Below, one piece after another: positions 40,552 through 53,779 of a stretch of 64,000 nt of DNA. Source of the stretch: Octopus sinensis (lineage: Eukaryota); contig NC_043002.1 in assembly GCF_006345805.1 (NCBI RefSeq), positions 60,388,001 through 60,452,000 on the forward strand, read 5' to 3'. Below the pieces are notes generated by a model. That model saw only the letters and a program-made list of their open reading frames with translations. It was not told where the DNA came from and ran no database searches. Both the position numbers and the translations under genes were made by a program. Positions within the stretch are counted from its first letter, which is position 1. The number at the start of each line of letters is the position of its first letter.

Positions 40552-42089
40552 TACTTTGATACTTTGATAGGTTTCGGCCATATTGGCCCAGGCCATGTCT
40601 AACTTATAGCACCACCTGGTGAAGTCTTTCAAGTCAGAATTTGGGCACTATGGCCCACTCAAGTAGAGAGTTATTGTTTACAGAGACATATCCGGGTGTA
40701 GGGGGTTTATCCGGGATTTCTTGAAGGAATCTGTCCAAAGACTTCTTGAACCCTATAGGGTCAGTTCTGTTTTAATGTGTTTTGGTGTAATGTTAAAGAG
40801 ACCGGGGCCAATTGAGGTGAAAAAATTGTGCCGTATTGTTGTTATGAGATGAGAGTGCGATTTTTGTTTTGGGCGGATGGCACGGGGCCCAAGCCTTGGA
40901 TGTACCTTAAAGGTGATGCCAACATCATTTGGGCAATGCTGATGGATATTTCCCACATCATGCAGATGATGTAGCGCTCACGACGACGTTGGAGAGAATA
41001 GAGTTTTAGCTTTTCTAGTTGACCCCATAGTCGAGGCCTGTCATGCCATCTATCTTTTTTGTGATTGCCCTTTGAGGTGCTTCAACTTTTATGATACCTT
41101 GTATTGTGGGGAGAGCCACAGTGGACAACAGTATTCAAGGTGGGGTCGGGCAAAAGTGGAGAAGAGAAGGATAATGGTGTGGATATCTCTCGACTGGAAA
41201 GTTCTGAGAATCCAGGAACACATTCTGCGGGCCATGTCAACTTGGTGGTGTTTATATGAGTGGCCCAGCTTACGTTGTTGTCCACAATTACTCCCAAGTC
41301 TCTGATGTTGGGACGCCGCGAGAGTTTCACCTGAAGGAAGGGAGTATGGGAGTTCAGGGCATCCTCTTTTCCAAAGTGGATTAGCTCAAATTTATCCTCG
41401 TTCAGCAGCATATTGTTTTTTTCTGCCCATTGGATAACAGCCAGTAGATCTGACTGAAGGCATGTCGGTCACTCGCCTCATTTATGACCTTCTGTAGCTT
41501 GGAGTCATCTGCAAAGATTTTTATGTTGCTGTGCTTGATGATGTCATTAATGTCATTAATGTAAATGAGGAAAAGAAGTGGGCCAGCACACAGTGCCTTG
41601 CGGAACGCCACTACTGACTTTGGCTGGGCTTGATTTTACCCCTTCAACTACAACATGTTGAGATCTGTCTGTCAGGAAACACTTAATCCATTTCAGTAAC
41701 TTTCCAGAGACACCAATGTTGGATAGTTTTTTCAATAGGATCTTGTGATCGACCCTGTCGAAGGCCTTACTGAGATCAAGGTAGATGACATCGGTGTTGG
41801 AGCCCTCTCCCAAAGCTCTCAAAATGTCCTCAAAGTGATGCAGGAGCTGCGTTAGGCAGTCCCTTCCATTACGGAACCCATGTTGGTTGGATATCAGCCG
41901 TCTGTTGCTTTCCAGAAATTGGGTTATTCGAGATCTCACCACCCTCTCAAATACCTTGATGATATGAGAGGTGAGTGAGATCGGACGGTAATTCACTGCA
42001 AGGGACTTGTTTCCCTTTTTGAAAACTGGGACAACAGACTGGGACAGAAGGTTTTTTGGAATATAGCCAGCATCAGTGAGTTTCTCCAT
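40552..42089 (-). mobile_element. CR1-clade LINE, 5'-truncated, frameshifted RT and 3' UTR
   Basis: YRPISLTSHIIKVFE, LDLSKAFDRVDH, SGVPQGTV, LFLIYIND, FADDSK, RDLGV, RPHLEYCCPLWSP; tail (TATCAAAG)n at ~40552-40570. Confidence 0.92.
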
Positions 42090-42100
42090 ATATATATATA

Positions 42101-42170
<70 letters not shown>

Positions 42171-42302
42171 ATATATATATAATTAAATATATATATATAT
42201 ATATATATAATATATATAGATATATATATATATAAATATATATAAATATATATATATATATATAAATATATAATATATATAATATATTATATATATATTA
42301 TT

Positions 42303-42335
<33 letters not shown>

Positions 42336-43687
42336 ATATATATATTATATATATATATATATATATATGCATGTATATATTTACTATATAATATATAATA
42401 TGATATAAAATTATTAGCTATTGCGATTTTGTCAATTTACATTTACAAACTATTTATTATACAGACAGAAAAATTACATTGAAGAATTCCCACTGTAATC
42501 TGCAGGCAAGTACGGGAAAAAAAATCTGGCAAAACTATTATACGTTTTATGATAATAAATGGCGTAAAATGATGAAGTTGTATTGATTCGGTTGTTTGGC
42601 CGTATAATGCAAATGGAATCGCTTAAACAGTAGAACGTGAGGCGACAGAGTGTAATATTAACACCAATCTAGAACTTTGGTGCTTTAAGCAGACTATTTT
42701 TCTTTAGTTGCATCTATGTATACATACAAGCGGAATATGGCTGAGAGATGTGATAAAGACCTGTCAAGCTAGTGTACCTGTTCATCGAAGATAGAGTTAA
42801 TTTGACATTAATTTCACCGTGAACATTGTCACCTCAAGCAGATTCTTCTTCGTTTCAACCGTCTCGATTAGATATATAAGCAACATATAATAAATGGGTT
42901 TTTTTCTGTCTTTGAGTACACTACTCTCTCTGGGGTATTACACTCATCAACGATGCCTTCATCTTCTGAATGAAACCGAAGTCAACAGATCCATGATCTT
43001 AGCTATTTTCAGAGAGAAAACATCATTGACGTCAGCACTGTCTCCAATGTTTGATGACGTAGGAAGGAATTCACTTAGATTCCAATATAGTTACATTAAG
43101 AACAAAGGGTTAGATGTGTATGTACAAGGTTTAAGACAGGAAGCATTTATAAAGCTAATATTTCAATGCTAAAGCTGACTCTGTGACTTGTCAGAAATTA
43201 GAAATATATTATATTAAATATTTAATTATACGTTCAACCTACTTTAGATAGTAATTCCCTTCTTATATAAACTATATTGATTATACACGAATAAATCTTA
43301 CCGTGTGCATATACATGTTAAAGTACAAACACATACACATTCATAATCTCAAGGATATGTCCATCTATGTGTGTACATGCAGATTGTGAATGCACGTATA
43401 TGCAACTGAATGGTAGATATGATATGATATATGCGTCAACGCCCTGTCCACAACTGAAACACTGATTTCCTTAATATCTAAGCCCATCGAGCTGCAAAGG
43501 AAACGTCTACTCATGCAAATAAAAGTGCTGATGTAAATCTAACATATATTTCGTCAGCAATTTTAAGATTATAATTTTCCAGAATAGTGACCTCAACTTA
43601 GGATGCTTATTCACAGTGCATACGTACATAAACATACGCACACTACGTGTGTGTTCTGTGTGTGTATGTGCATAAATAAATAAATAA

Positions 43688-43725
<38 letters not shown>

Positions 43726-43789
43726 TATTATATATATATATATATACATATGTAGAGAGAGGAGAGGAGAGAGAGAGTGAGAGGGATAG

Positions 43790-43853
<64 letters not shown>

Positions 43854-44339
43854 GATAGATAGATAGAGATAGATGATTGATAAATGGATGGATATAGACG
43901 GATATACAGACACATAGCTAGCTTGATAGACACAGGTATAGATATTGTTGATATATGAATACAAAGTCTCAGATCTTTATACGCCAATGATATAATAGTC
44001 GCTAATAAGATAAGTCTTCACACAGGTTTCCCTCCTGCAAGTTTTCGACTCTATTTACAGAAGAGATCTCAAAGCGTAAAATATATTTTCGCAATAGTAA
44101 TGCAATTACCCACAGACGCACACTCAAATATACACACGTGTGCATGTTTTAGATTTTGTATATATATATATATGTTTGACACTGTGTGTGGGTGAGTGTG
44201 TATGTATGAAATTTATTTATGTGTGTGCGTACGTATGGACGTATGCTTGTGTGTATGTATGAGTAGAAGCAGGTCTTCCGATATTCGGGCGTCTACAATC
44301 CGTGTTTCACGTTCCTGATGAATAACACGATAATATTTA

Positions 44340-44690
44340 TACGTAGGTAAGTCAAAATTTATCCGCATTTTTGCCATAACATATCATTATTATTGTTTCA
44401 CTGCCTGCTGCGCATGCATGCTTATAGTTGGTACTATTGTGCTCATGTGAACGGAATTTGTGACTGATCGCGCCATTTGAATTTCTGGAATTACAGCCTA
44501 GGGATGGTTGCTTCATTAAGAATGAGCACCAAAGAAGAACGAAGATGATTGATTCCGATTTCTCTGGTCGGAATGTGTGTCAGGCGCTGAATTCCATCGG
44601 AGTCTTTTAGCACACAACGGGGACAGCGAACTGCCGCATAGAAGTGTGTTTAAAATGGATCGAGTAAAACTTATCGAAGCAAAAGTTTAA
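44340..44690 (+). mobile_element. Mariner 5' fragment (copy 1)
   Basis: TIR-like tacgtaggtaagtcaaaatttatccgca; TKEE.R..IRFLWSE..SGAEFHR.L...GDS.LP.RSVFKWIE. Confidence 0.65.
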
Positions 44691-44761
44691 CTACGGTCTG
44701 TCCATAGCACTTACTTAGCGTTGCCTGCCACTCTTTGGACCTTCTAGAGACCAATACCTCT

Positions 44762-44826
<65 letters not shown>

Positions 44827-45355
44827 ATATGAATATATATATATATATATATAATATATATATCTATATAAATATGTATATCGATATATGTATGTATATA
44901 TATAAATACATACACACACACATATATATATATATCATTATATACATGTGGTGTGTGTGTGTGTGTGTGCGTGTGTAGACAGACCTACGTTAGTTAAGAG
45001 TCATTACTTGACATCGGTATATCTGCTAGGTATGCTGTATGAACAATATTCATCAGATTACGTAACGCGTTTCGATTCTCTGAATTTATTTATAATAGTT
45101 CTGATGCACACTCTACAAACATCTAATTTCTCCCTCTTCATTAATCTTTCTTTCTGTCTTTCTTCTCCTACTCTCTTCACTTTCTCTCATTCTCTCTCCC
45201 TTACTCTTCCTACTTGACTCTCTGGCTGCTCACGCGTGAGCAGTGGCTATCTCTTTTTCTTCATCTTGCTTTACAAAAGATAACGCACTTTTGCATGTCT
45301 CCCTCTGTCAAGATCATTTCTCCATTTTTCACGACTTCATATGTATATATATATA

Positions 45356-45405
<50 letters not shown>

Positions 45406-45441
45406 GTGAGAGAGAGAGAGAGAGAGAGAGGAGAGGGAGAG

Positions 45442-45525
<84 letters not shown>

Positions 45526-45994
45526 TGATTGATAAATGGATGGATAGACGGATATACAGACACATAGCTAGCTTGATAGACACAGTATAGATATATGTTG
45601 ATATATGAATACAAAGTCTCAGATCTTTATACGCCAATGATATAATAGTCGCTAATAAGATAGTCTTCACACAGGTTTCCCTCCTGCAAGTTTTCGACTC
45701 TATTTACAGAAGAGATCTCAAAGCGTAAAATATATTTTCGCAATAGTAATGCAATTACCCACAGACGCACACTCAAATATACACACGTGTGCATGTTTTA
45801 GATTTTGTATTATATATATATGTTTGACACTGTGTGGTTGGGTGAGGTGTCATTGTATGAAATTTATTATGTGTGTGCGTACGTATGGACGTATGCTTGT
45901 GTGTGTGTATGCGTATGAGTGAAGCAGGTCTTCCGATATTCGGGCGTCTACAATCCGTGTTTCACGTTCCTGATGAATAACACGATAATATTTA

Positions 45995-46340
45995 TACGTA
46001 GGTAAGTCAAAATTTATCCGCATTTTTGCCATAACATATCATTATTATTGTTTCACTGCCTGCTGCGCATGCATGCTTATAGTTGGTACTATTGTGCTCA
46101 GTGTGAACGGAATTTGTGACTGATCGCGCATTTGAATTTTTGGAATTACAGCCTAGGGATGGTTGTTCATTAAGAATGAGCACCAAAGAAGAAAGAAGAT
46201 GATTGATTCCGATTTCTTGGTCGGAATGTGTGTCAGGCGCTGAATTCCATCGGAGTCTTTTAGCACACAACGGGGACAGCGAACTGCCGCATAGAAGTGT
46301 GTTTAAAATGGATCGAGTAAAACTTATCGAAGCAAAAGTT
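45995..46340 (+). mobile_element. Mariner 5' fragment (copy 2, inside the tandem duplication)
   Basis: Near-identical to 44340-44690. Confidence 0.65.
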
Positions 46341-46413
46341 AACTACGGGCTGTCCATAGCACTTACTTAGCGTTGCCTGCCACTCTTTGGACATTCTAGA
46401 GACCAATACCTCT

Positions 46414-46478
<65 letters not shown>

Positions 46479-47082
46479 ATATGAATATATATATATATAA
46501 TATAATATATATATCTATATAAATATGTATATCGATATATGTATGTATATATATAAATACATACACACACACATATATATATATATCATTATATACATGT
46601 GGTGTGTGTGTGTGTGTGTGCGTGTGTAGACAGACCTACGTTAGTTAAGAGTCATTACTTTGACATCGGTATATCTGCTAGGTATGCTGTATGAACAATA
46701 TTCATCAGATTACGTAACGCGTTTCGATTCTCTGAATTTATTTATAATAGTTCTGATGCACACTCTACAAACATCTAATTTCTCCCTCTTCATTAATCTT
46801 TCTTTCTGTCTTTCTTCTCCTACTCTCTTCACTTTCTCTCATTCTCTCTCCCTTACTCTTCCTACTTGACTCTCTGGCTGCTCACGCGTGAGCAGTGGCT
46901 ATCTCTTTTTCTTCATCTTGCTTTACAAAAGATAACGCACTTTTGCATGTCTCCCTCTGTCAAGATCATTTCTCCATTTTTCACGACTTCATATGTATAT
47001 ATATATATATATATTATATATATATATATAGACATACACGTGCGAAAACACATATAAATGTGTTATATATAGTATATATATG

Positions 47083-47130
<48 letters not shown>

Positions 47131-47169
47131 TATATACATCTACACACACACACACAGACACACACACAC

Positions 47170-47217
<48 letters not shown>

Positions 47218-47274
47218 TACAGACACACATACACAACACACACACACATATATATATATATATTATATATAGTT

Positions 47275-47455
47275 GGAAATTACAAAAGAAGCAAACAAAA
47301 GACAAAACGGGTGTGTAAACAGCAAACAGATGTATTAGTTTGACGCTGGGGAAGTGAGAACGTCTTCTACGTTTCGAGCATACGCCCTTCAACAGAAGGG
47401 AACACAGAAATAAGCAGAGAGAAAATAAAAAAGGTTTAGTGGTTAGCGATCAATA
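47275..47455 (-). mobile_element. Solo Penelope-type pseudo-LTR remnant with mutated HHR
   Basis: CTGTTGA-A-GGGC(GTAT)GCTC-GAAA-CGTA at 47368-47395; downstream sequence resembles that after the 16.5-kb motif. Confidence 0.6.
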
Positions 47456-47456
47456 T

Positions 47457-47885
47457 ATATATTCGGTTGGCAACTAAGTTCGCGCTGTTTTTTTTTTAAA
47501 TCTAAATGTTTTAATAAAAAATAGCAAGTAATTAATCAATAATATATCCACCCATGTTGTTTACAACTTCTTCCCAACTTTCAACAAGAATTTCAATACT
47601 TCGTTTCGAGAAATCATCCGCTTTCGACTCGAAAAATTGATCCAAACAAGGCCTAAATTCTGCATCAGTATTGAACTCCGCGAATAGCTTTTGAAAGAGA
47701 TCGAAAGAAGTGGAAATCCGTTGGTGCCAAATCAGGAGAGTACCACGCGGGTGGCAGCACTTCCCAGCCATGCGTTTGAATAGCTTCCTTGGTCATATTG
47801 GCGATAGGAGAGCGGTCGTTGTCGTGCAGCAGAAGAACCCTATGCTGCCGATTAGGTCTTTTCTCTTCAATAGACGTACCCATCG
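47457..47885 (-). mobile_element. Mariner 3' part with TIR
   Basis: LLLHDN, YSPDLAPTDFHFFRSLS, WEEVVNNMGGYIID*; TIR tattcggttggcaactaagtt at ~47459-47479. Confidence 0.88.
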
Positions 47886-48470
47886 GTGAGCATCCATTGT
47901 TGTCCACCTTCTTTCTTTTCTTCCACGGGGAAAAAGGGGACACCTTTTCAATTAACTGTTCCAGGACCCTTTCCTGGTCCCGGCAACAGTTCTTCTTTAC
48001 ATGGCCCGATTCCAGGCACACGTGACACTTGGGGGACCTCCCTCAACAATTACCGGGTACCTGGAACCGGCGATTGTTAAAAAATCTGGTAAAACCAAAT
48101 CTTCAGCCGCTTGGGCCCATAGGGTCAAAATTGATTTTGACCCAACCCAATCAACCGCAGGAAACATTTTTACATTTAAGAGCCTGGAATGGCCGCCACC
48201 CAGGCCCCGACGGATAGTGTCTTCTATCTACTCGGTCTCTATACCCGACGGCAACCCACAAAGCCAGGATCTTGTAAACTTTCTACCGCCATAAGTAGGG
48301 AGAAACAAATGCCTGGAACACAGTGGAGACCCCTGTTCGAAAAAATACTTAAATACGAAAGCAGACCTCACTAAGCTCGCCAAAAACAGATGCTTTACCT
48401 GTGGTCGTAGTTCAAATGTTCAATTTTTCGCGTAATCATGACTTCGACCGCGCCGAAAAACAACGCGACA
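47886..48470 (-). mobile_element. Tx1/L1-type ORF1 (gag-like) fragment with CCHC zinc knuckle
   Basis: Manual translation: PTYGGRKFTRSWLCGLPSGIETE*IEDTIRRGL...LPDFLTIAGSRYPVIVEGGP / KCHVCLESGHVKKNC (CX2CX4HX4C), with one stop and one frameshift. Confidence 0.7.
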
Positions 48471-49203
48471 ACTTGGTAGCAGTTAGCAAGCTACTTACTA
48501 CACAGCCACTCCTGCACCTATTTGTCGATAAATATTTACAATGATAAATTATTTTCATCCGCTCAGAATATACATTTAATATCTGCAATACATTTACAAC
48601 CTATTCACAAATAAGCTAATCGTTTTTATAAAATATCAGTGTACATCTGAATATGTTTTGTCTTTAATATTTTGATAGGTTCATTAAAATCATTTCTACA
48701 TATTTTCTTTTACCTATTTTCCAAAAATAGTTTCCGTTTTATTTTTGTACTGTTATTCATTTTCCCCGGAAGCTTTTTACGAAATACATTTACTTCGTTT
48801 CTGCTAAAATAAATATGTATACCACAACAACAGTGGTGATGTAACGATGACGACGAATATGACACAGAGTATCATGATGGCGATGAGGAAAATAATAGCA
48901 GATAAAATAATGATTTATGATTAACGCACTGGGACATCAACTTTTATTGGGAAATTACTTTTTATTACAGGCTCCAGTACATCACGAGTATTCTTGTACC
49001 AGGTCCCACGAATGTATGAATTACAAATTTGATCTATCACTAAGAGAAAACACATCCACTTTATTATTAATTATTTTAACTGAATTATATTTTGCCAACA
49101 TTATGAACCGTCTCCTTCAAATAACTTAATGAAACTAAAACCTTAAAATGCATTATGAAAATTGTAATATACTCTCATGATCTTCATGTCAACGTTAAAC
49201 AAC

Positions 49204-49419
49204 CTACTAACCCTCAGATTCCGAGTTCGATTCCAAGCAGTTACCTTAATAATAACTATAATAATAATAACATCCAAAAATACCTTACGAATGAGAACAC
49301 AGGTTCGAAATTTCTCCAAGACACCTGATGAAGGCTGAAGGGTATATCAGCCGAAACGTTGTGTTAACAACAAACAAGATGAGGGCAAATAACTGTCAAA
49401 TGTAAATAATGTAAACAAT
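49204..49419 (+). mobile_element. SINE family D copy d (A box truncated)
   Basis: B box GAGTTCGATTCC, (AAT) spacer, full body, tail tgtaaataatgtaaac. Confidence 0.9.
49320..49365 (+). ncRNA. Minimal type I hammerhead ribozyme, intact
   Basis: GACAC-CTGATGA-A-GGCTGA(AGGGTATA)TCAGCC-GAAA-CGTT|GTGTT; 5-bp stem I, 6-bp stem II, palindromic ACGT stem III; predicted cleavage 49360/49361. Confidence 0.85.
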
Positions 49420-49879
49420 TCGTCTCTTAATTATAGAACCTTAGTCTTCTTTAACTAAAAGATATAATAAACCAAAAACTTAACTCCCAATTTCACTTCT
49501 AATTAAAACAAAAATGAATGATATATTTAATCTTCTCAAAATCCTTATAATTCATAAGCCATCAAACTTCAGCGTAATTGTTCCCATAAATCGTTGGAAA
49601 GGTTCAGTCGATCAAATCGACAGCAGTGCTCAACCGCTACTTATTTTATCGACTTTAGTTTTAGTGGTATTGTTGAGGTCATCTTTACCGTTTATAATTT
49701 CGCGTTTGAGAAAATAAGTAGAATTTTAGCACTGAGATCAATGTAAGCAGCTTAACCCATCCCTCAGAACTGTTGGGCTGGGTCCAAACTAAAAAAGTTT
49801 ATTTTAAATAAACTTTTGATATAACAGTTTTAAATTTTAGCACAAGGCTAAGAAGTACGGGTGAGGGGAGGGCTCGATC

Positions 49880-50160
49880 ATTTAGGTCCCCATTACTCAA
49901 CTGGTACATATTTTTATCACCTTGCCAAAATATCAAAGCAAAGCCGACCCAACGGAATTAGATCTAAGAACGTAAAGATAGAAGAAAATGCCACTATTTG
50001 TCCGGCGTGCTAACGATTCTAGTAACTCCCGTCTTAAATATTTGGCAGTAGTACGTCTGTCTTCAAGTTCTCAGTTCAATTGCACAGAGGTCGACTTTGT
50101 CTTTTATCTCTTCGAGGTCGATAAAATACGTATCATTCGAATACTGCAAGATTCCTTTCG
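49880..50160. mobile_element. Two degraded family A SINEs, head to head
   Basis: 49880-50030 is a minus-strand copy and 50050-50160 a plus-strand copy, by similarity to 9257-9487. Confidence 0.65.
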
Positions 50161-50335
50161 GTTGTGTGGTAATAAGATTCCTTCCAAACCACCTAGTTCC
50201 GGGTTCAGTCTCACTGCGTCGCAATTTGGACAAGTGTCTTTTACCATGGCATGGAATCGACCAAAGCCTTGTCAGAGGATTTGGCACACAGAAACTGAAG
50301 GGAGGCCCGTTGTACAGATATATGTAGAAGTATAT
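50160..50335 (+). mobile_element. SINE family B 5' half
   Basis: ggttgtgtggtaa..ttccgggttcagtctcactgcgt..gaccaaagccttg..gaaactgaag. Confidence 0.8.
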
Positions 50336-50339
50336 ATGA

Positions 50340-50560
50340 ACCTGGCACTCCTTCGGTTTCGATGACGAGCGTCCCAGCTGATACAATCAACGGAACAGCC
50401 TGCTCGTGATATTAACATGCAAATGGTTAAGCACTCCCCTGATACATGTGCCCTTAACGCACTTCTCAGGGAAATTCAACCTGACATAGAGTGTGACAAG
50501 GCTGGCCCTTTGAAATACAGGTTCAACAGAAACAGGAATAAAGAATCGGAACCGCGACCC
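50340..50560 (-). mobile_element. SINE family C 3' half
   Basis: Reverse complement of ~4140-4342. Confidence 0.8.
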
Positions 50561-50683
50561 TAAGACCACGAAACCACTGCTTTAAACACTGGGTCAATGC
50601 GCTTCCATGTATGTATATATACACATATGTGTGTATGTATTTTTATATGTGCTGTTCTTTGTTTCTTAATATGTGCGCAAAAA

Positions 50684-51090
50684 AGGCGGCGAGTTGGCAG
50701 AAATGTTAGCACGCCGGGCGAAGTGCTTGACTGTATCTCGTCTGCCTTCACGTTCTGAGTTCAATTTCCGCTGAGATCGGCTTTGCCTTTCTTCCTTCGT
50801 GGCGATAAATTAAGTAACAGTTGCTTACTGGGGTCCATCTAATCGACTGGCGCCATCCCCAAACTTTCGGGCTTTGTGCCTAGATTAGAAACGAATATAG
50901 GGTGAGCTGGCAGAAACGTTAGCACGCCGAGGGAGACGCTTAGCTATATTCCGTCTGTTTCCATGTTCTGAATTCAAATTCCGCTGAGGTCGACTATGCC
51001 TTTCATCCTTTCGGGGTCAATAAATTAAGTGCCAGTTGTATACTGGAGTCGATCTAATTTCAGGGTTTGTGCTAAGAGTAGAAAAGAATA
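50684..51090 (+). mobile_element. Two tandem family A SINEs (50684-50895, 50901-51090)
   Basis: Both start g.gag.tggcagaaa.gttagcacgccg and carry a B-box ttcaa.ttcc. Confidence 0.85.
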
Positions 51091-51343
51091 TGCGCGCAAA
51101 AATAAAGTACAAGCAGGAAGGTGACATACATTATAAAAATGTATGCTTTCCAACAAAGCTATTTTACAAACAAAAAATAGGTATGTTTCTTCTTCCTTTC
51201 ATTTGTTACCATTTTCCAGTATATTTGTAGTACATTGCCGAGAGATAAGCACTTTAATTCTGCACAGGGTTTATCCTATCTCCCCTTGCTCAGCAGTATA
51301 TAAGTACGTTCAATTATCTTATTTTGATTATGATATTAGATTG

Positions 51344-51377
<34 letters not shown>

Positions 51378-51434
51378 CATACATATACATATATAGATAT
51401 GTGTGTGTCTATAAGATCAATACATATTATACAG

Positions 51435-51506
<72 letters not shown>

Positions 51507-51554
51507 TATATATACATGTATATATGCAATATATGTATATATATATATATACGC

Positions 51555-51589
<35 letters not shown>

Positions 51590-52432
51590 GCGTCTTTCAA
51601 TATATATTGATGATCATAGACGCACGCATATTTATCTATCTATCTAGCTATCTATCTACCTATGTATGTATCTGTGTGTGTATATATATGTACGTTTTAT
51701 ACACACAAACACGTATAAAATGCAAGAATTAATAAAAAGAGGTGGATAACGAACCCTGATCCATTATACATACATGTGTGCACTTGTGTGCACTTGTGTG
51801 CATGTGAGTGTGCGTGTGAGTCGCTCTGTGCGTGTTTGTATGTTTGCATGTATGTCAGTGTGTCTGTGTGTATGAGTTTTATGTATACGCACCTACGTCA
51901 TACATATAAATATATGGATAGAAAAATGTATATACAACATATACAGACGTATACATGGATATATGGAAGTTTTATAAAATAAACAGATACGGTGTACATA
52001 CGCGCACGCACACGCATGCACACCTTCACACACCCACACTGACATACAAACACACACAAACGTATAAATTGAATTACCTTATTTTTAATATATTTGATTT
52101 AATCCATCACCGTATGCGTGCCAAAGTGCGGGAGAGAGAGAAAGAGAGAAATAAAGAGAGGGGAGAAAGAGAGAGAGAGAGTCTGTGTGTGCGTATGCGT
52201 ATGCGTGTTTATCATTGTGTTCGAGTGTGCATTTATGCATAAAGTCCTTTCAATCCTATAGGGCATAAGTTTACAGGTTTTTATGGAGTGTCCATGGCAG
52301 TATTATTGACGATGGTGATGACGATGATGAAGATGATGATTTGGTTGGTGATCATGAGAATGACATTAATCCTGTTTATTTTGCTGTTTTACTTGTTACT
52401 ACTATGGGGTTTGTTATCATCATTTCATATAA

Positions 52433-52503
<71 letters not shown>

Positions 52504-52510
52504 GTATATA

Positions 52511-52562
<52 letters not shown>

Positions 52563-53208
52563 TAATATATATTATATATATATTCATATAATATATATAT
52601 ATATGCATGTTTGTATATGCGTGTATATATGTATATCTATCTATCTCTATATACATATATACATACATACATACACAACACATACATGCATACACAAACA
52701 CACACACACACAACCACATACACACACACACACACACATACATATATACTCGTACGTTTAAGTACATATATATCTTCTGTATTCTCCCGCATAACGTACT
52801 AATTCTTCACGAAAATATCTCTAAAGGTTATATTTTTGTAGACATCCATTAGCAAACAACAATTTGCCGATGACAACTATAACATTACTATAAAAATGAA
52901 GCGTTCCAATGAAATCTTATTACGATTTCGAGAAAGAAGTTTTAATACAGAAAAAGAAAAAAAATGAAATACCAACTACAAAATAATTTTTGCAACGAAT
53001 TATATAATATAATGGTATTTGAAAGAGAATTTCTGCGAGATTTGTCGGCATTTCTTCTTCTGGTTCTATTTCACTTGCTTCCATTTATTTAATCTTGCAT
53101 TATATTCTACAGAATTTCGTGAAATAGAAAATGGGAATTTCACAAACACACGCATATACGCGCACACATATGTTCTTATGGCAATATATGCACTTGTATG
53201 CACGCATA

Positions 53209-53239
<31 letters not shown>

Positions 53240-53269
53240 ATCTATATATTATTTATGTAAGTACGTATG

Positions 53270-53312
<43 letters not shown>

Positions 53313-53321
53313 TATATATAG

Positions 53322-53358
<37 letters not shown>

Positions 53359-53779
53359 ATATTATATATATATATACATATATTTACACGTTTGTGTTTG
53401 TATATATGTATATATACTTACATACACATAAGTCTATATGCGTAAGCATACATATACATATATCTATCTATCTGTATATATATATATATATATATATAAA
53501 TATATGCATTTATATATATACATACATATGGATGTATTTATATAGATATATGTCTGTGTGCATGCGTGTGTATGTGCGTATGCATGTATGTTTGTATGAA
53601 TGCATGTGCTAATGCAACTATGTTAAAAAGTAGTATTTCAATCAAAGTCAATAGTGTTCGGTGTAGTTAGTGAACGAATCTCTGTTATCATTATTAACTA
53701 ATGACTACTTCGTTATTTGAACTTTTCCGTTGGGTTGGCGTGCATCAAATGGCATATACATGTAGATATTTTGCGTAAT

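Larger units (their letters stand above)
43757..47030. repeat. Tandem duplication, ~1650-bp unit, two copies
   Basis: gtctcagatctttatacgcc at ~43966 and ~45616; tccatttttcacgacttcat at ~45322 and ~46973; differences are mostly 1-nt indels. Confidence 0.92.

Noticed and set aside
40570-40590. GGCC(AATAT)GGCC-GAAAC on the minus strand
   Set aside because: No CTGANGA upstream; it is the ordinary 3' stem-loop of the CR1 element.
42894-43172. 92-aa ORF in unique-looking sequence
   Set aside because: No recognisable domain or convincing splice sites.
44300-44335. CTGATGA near GTTTC (also at ~45960)
   Set aside because: CTGATGA and GAAAC lie on opposite strands, so the topology is not an HHR.
47665-48021. 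118-aa ORF as a single gene
   Set aside because: Chance in-frame fusion of a Tx1-type ORF1 end and a mariner fragment.
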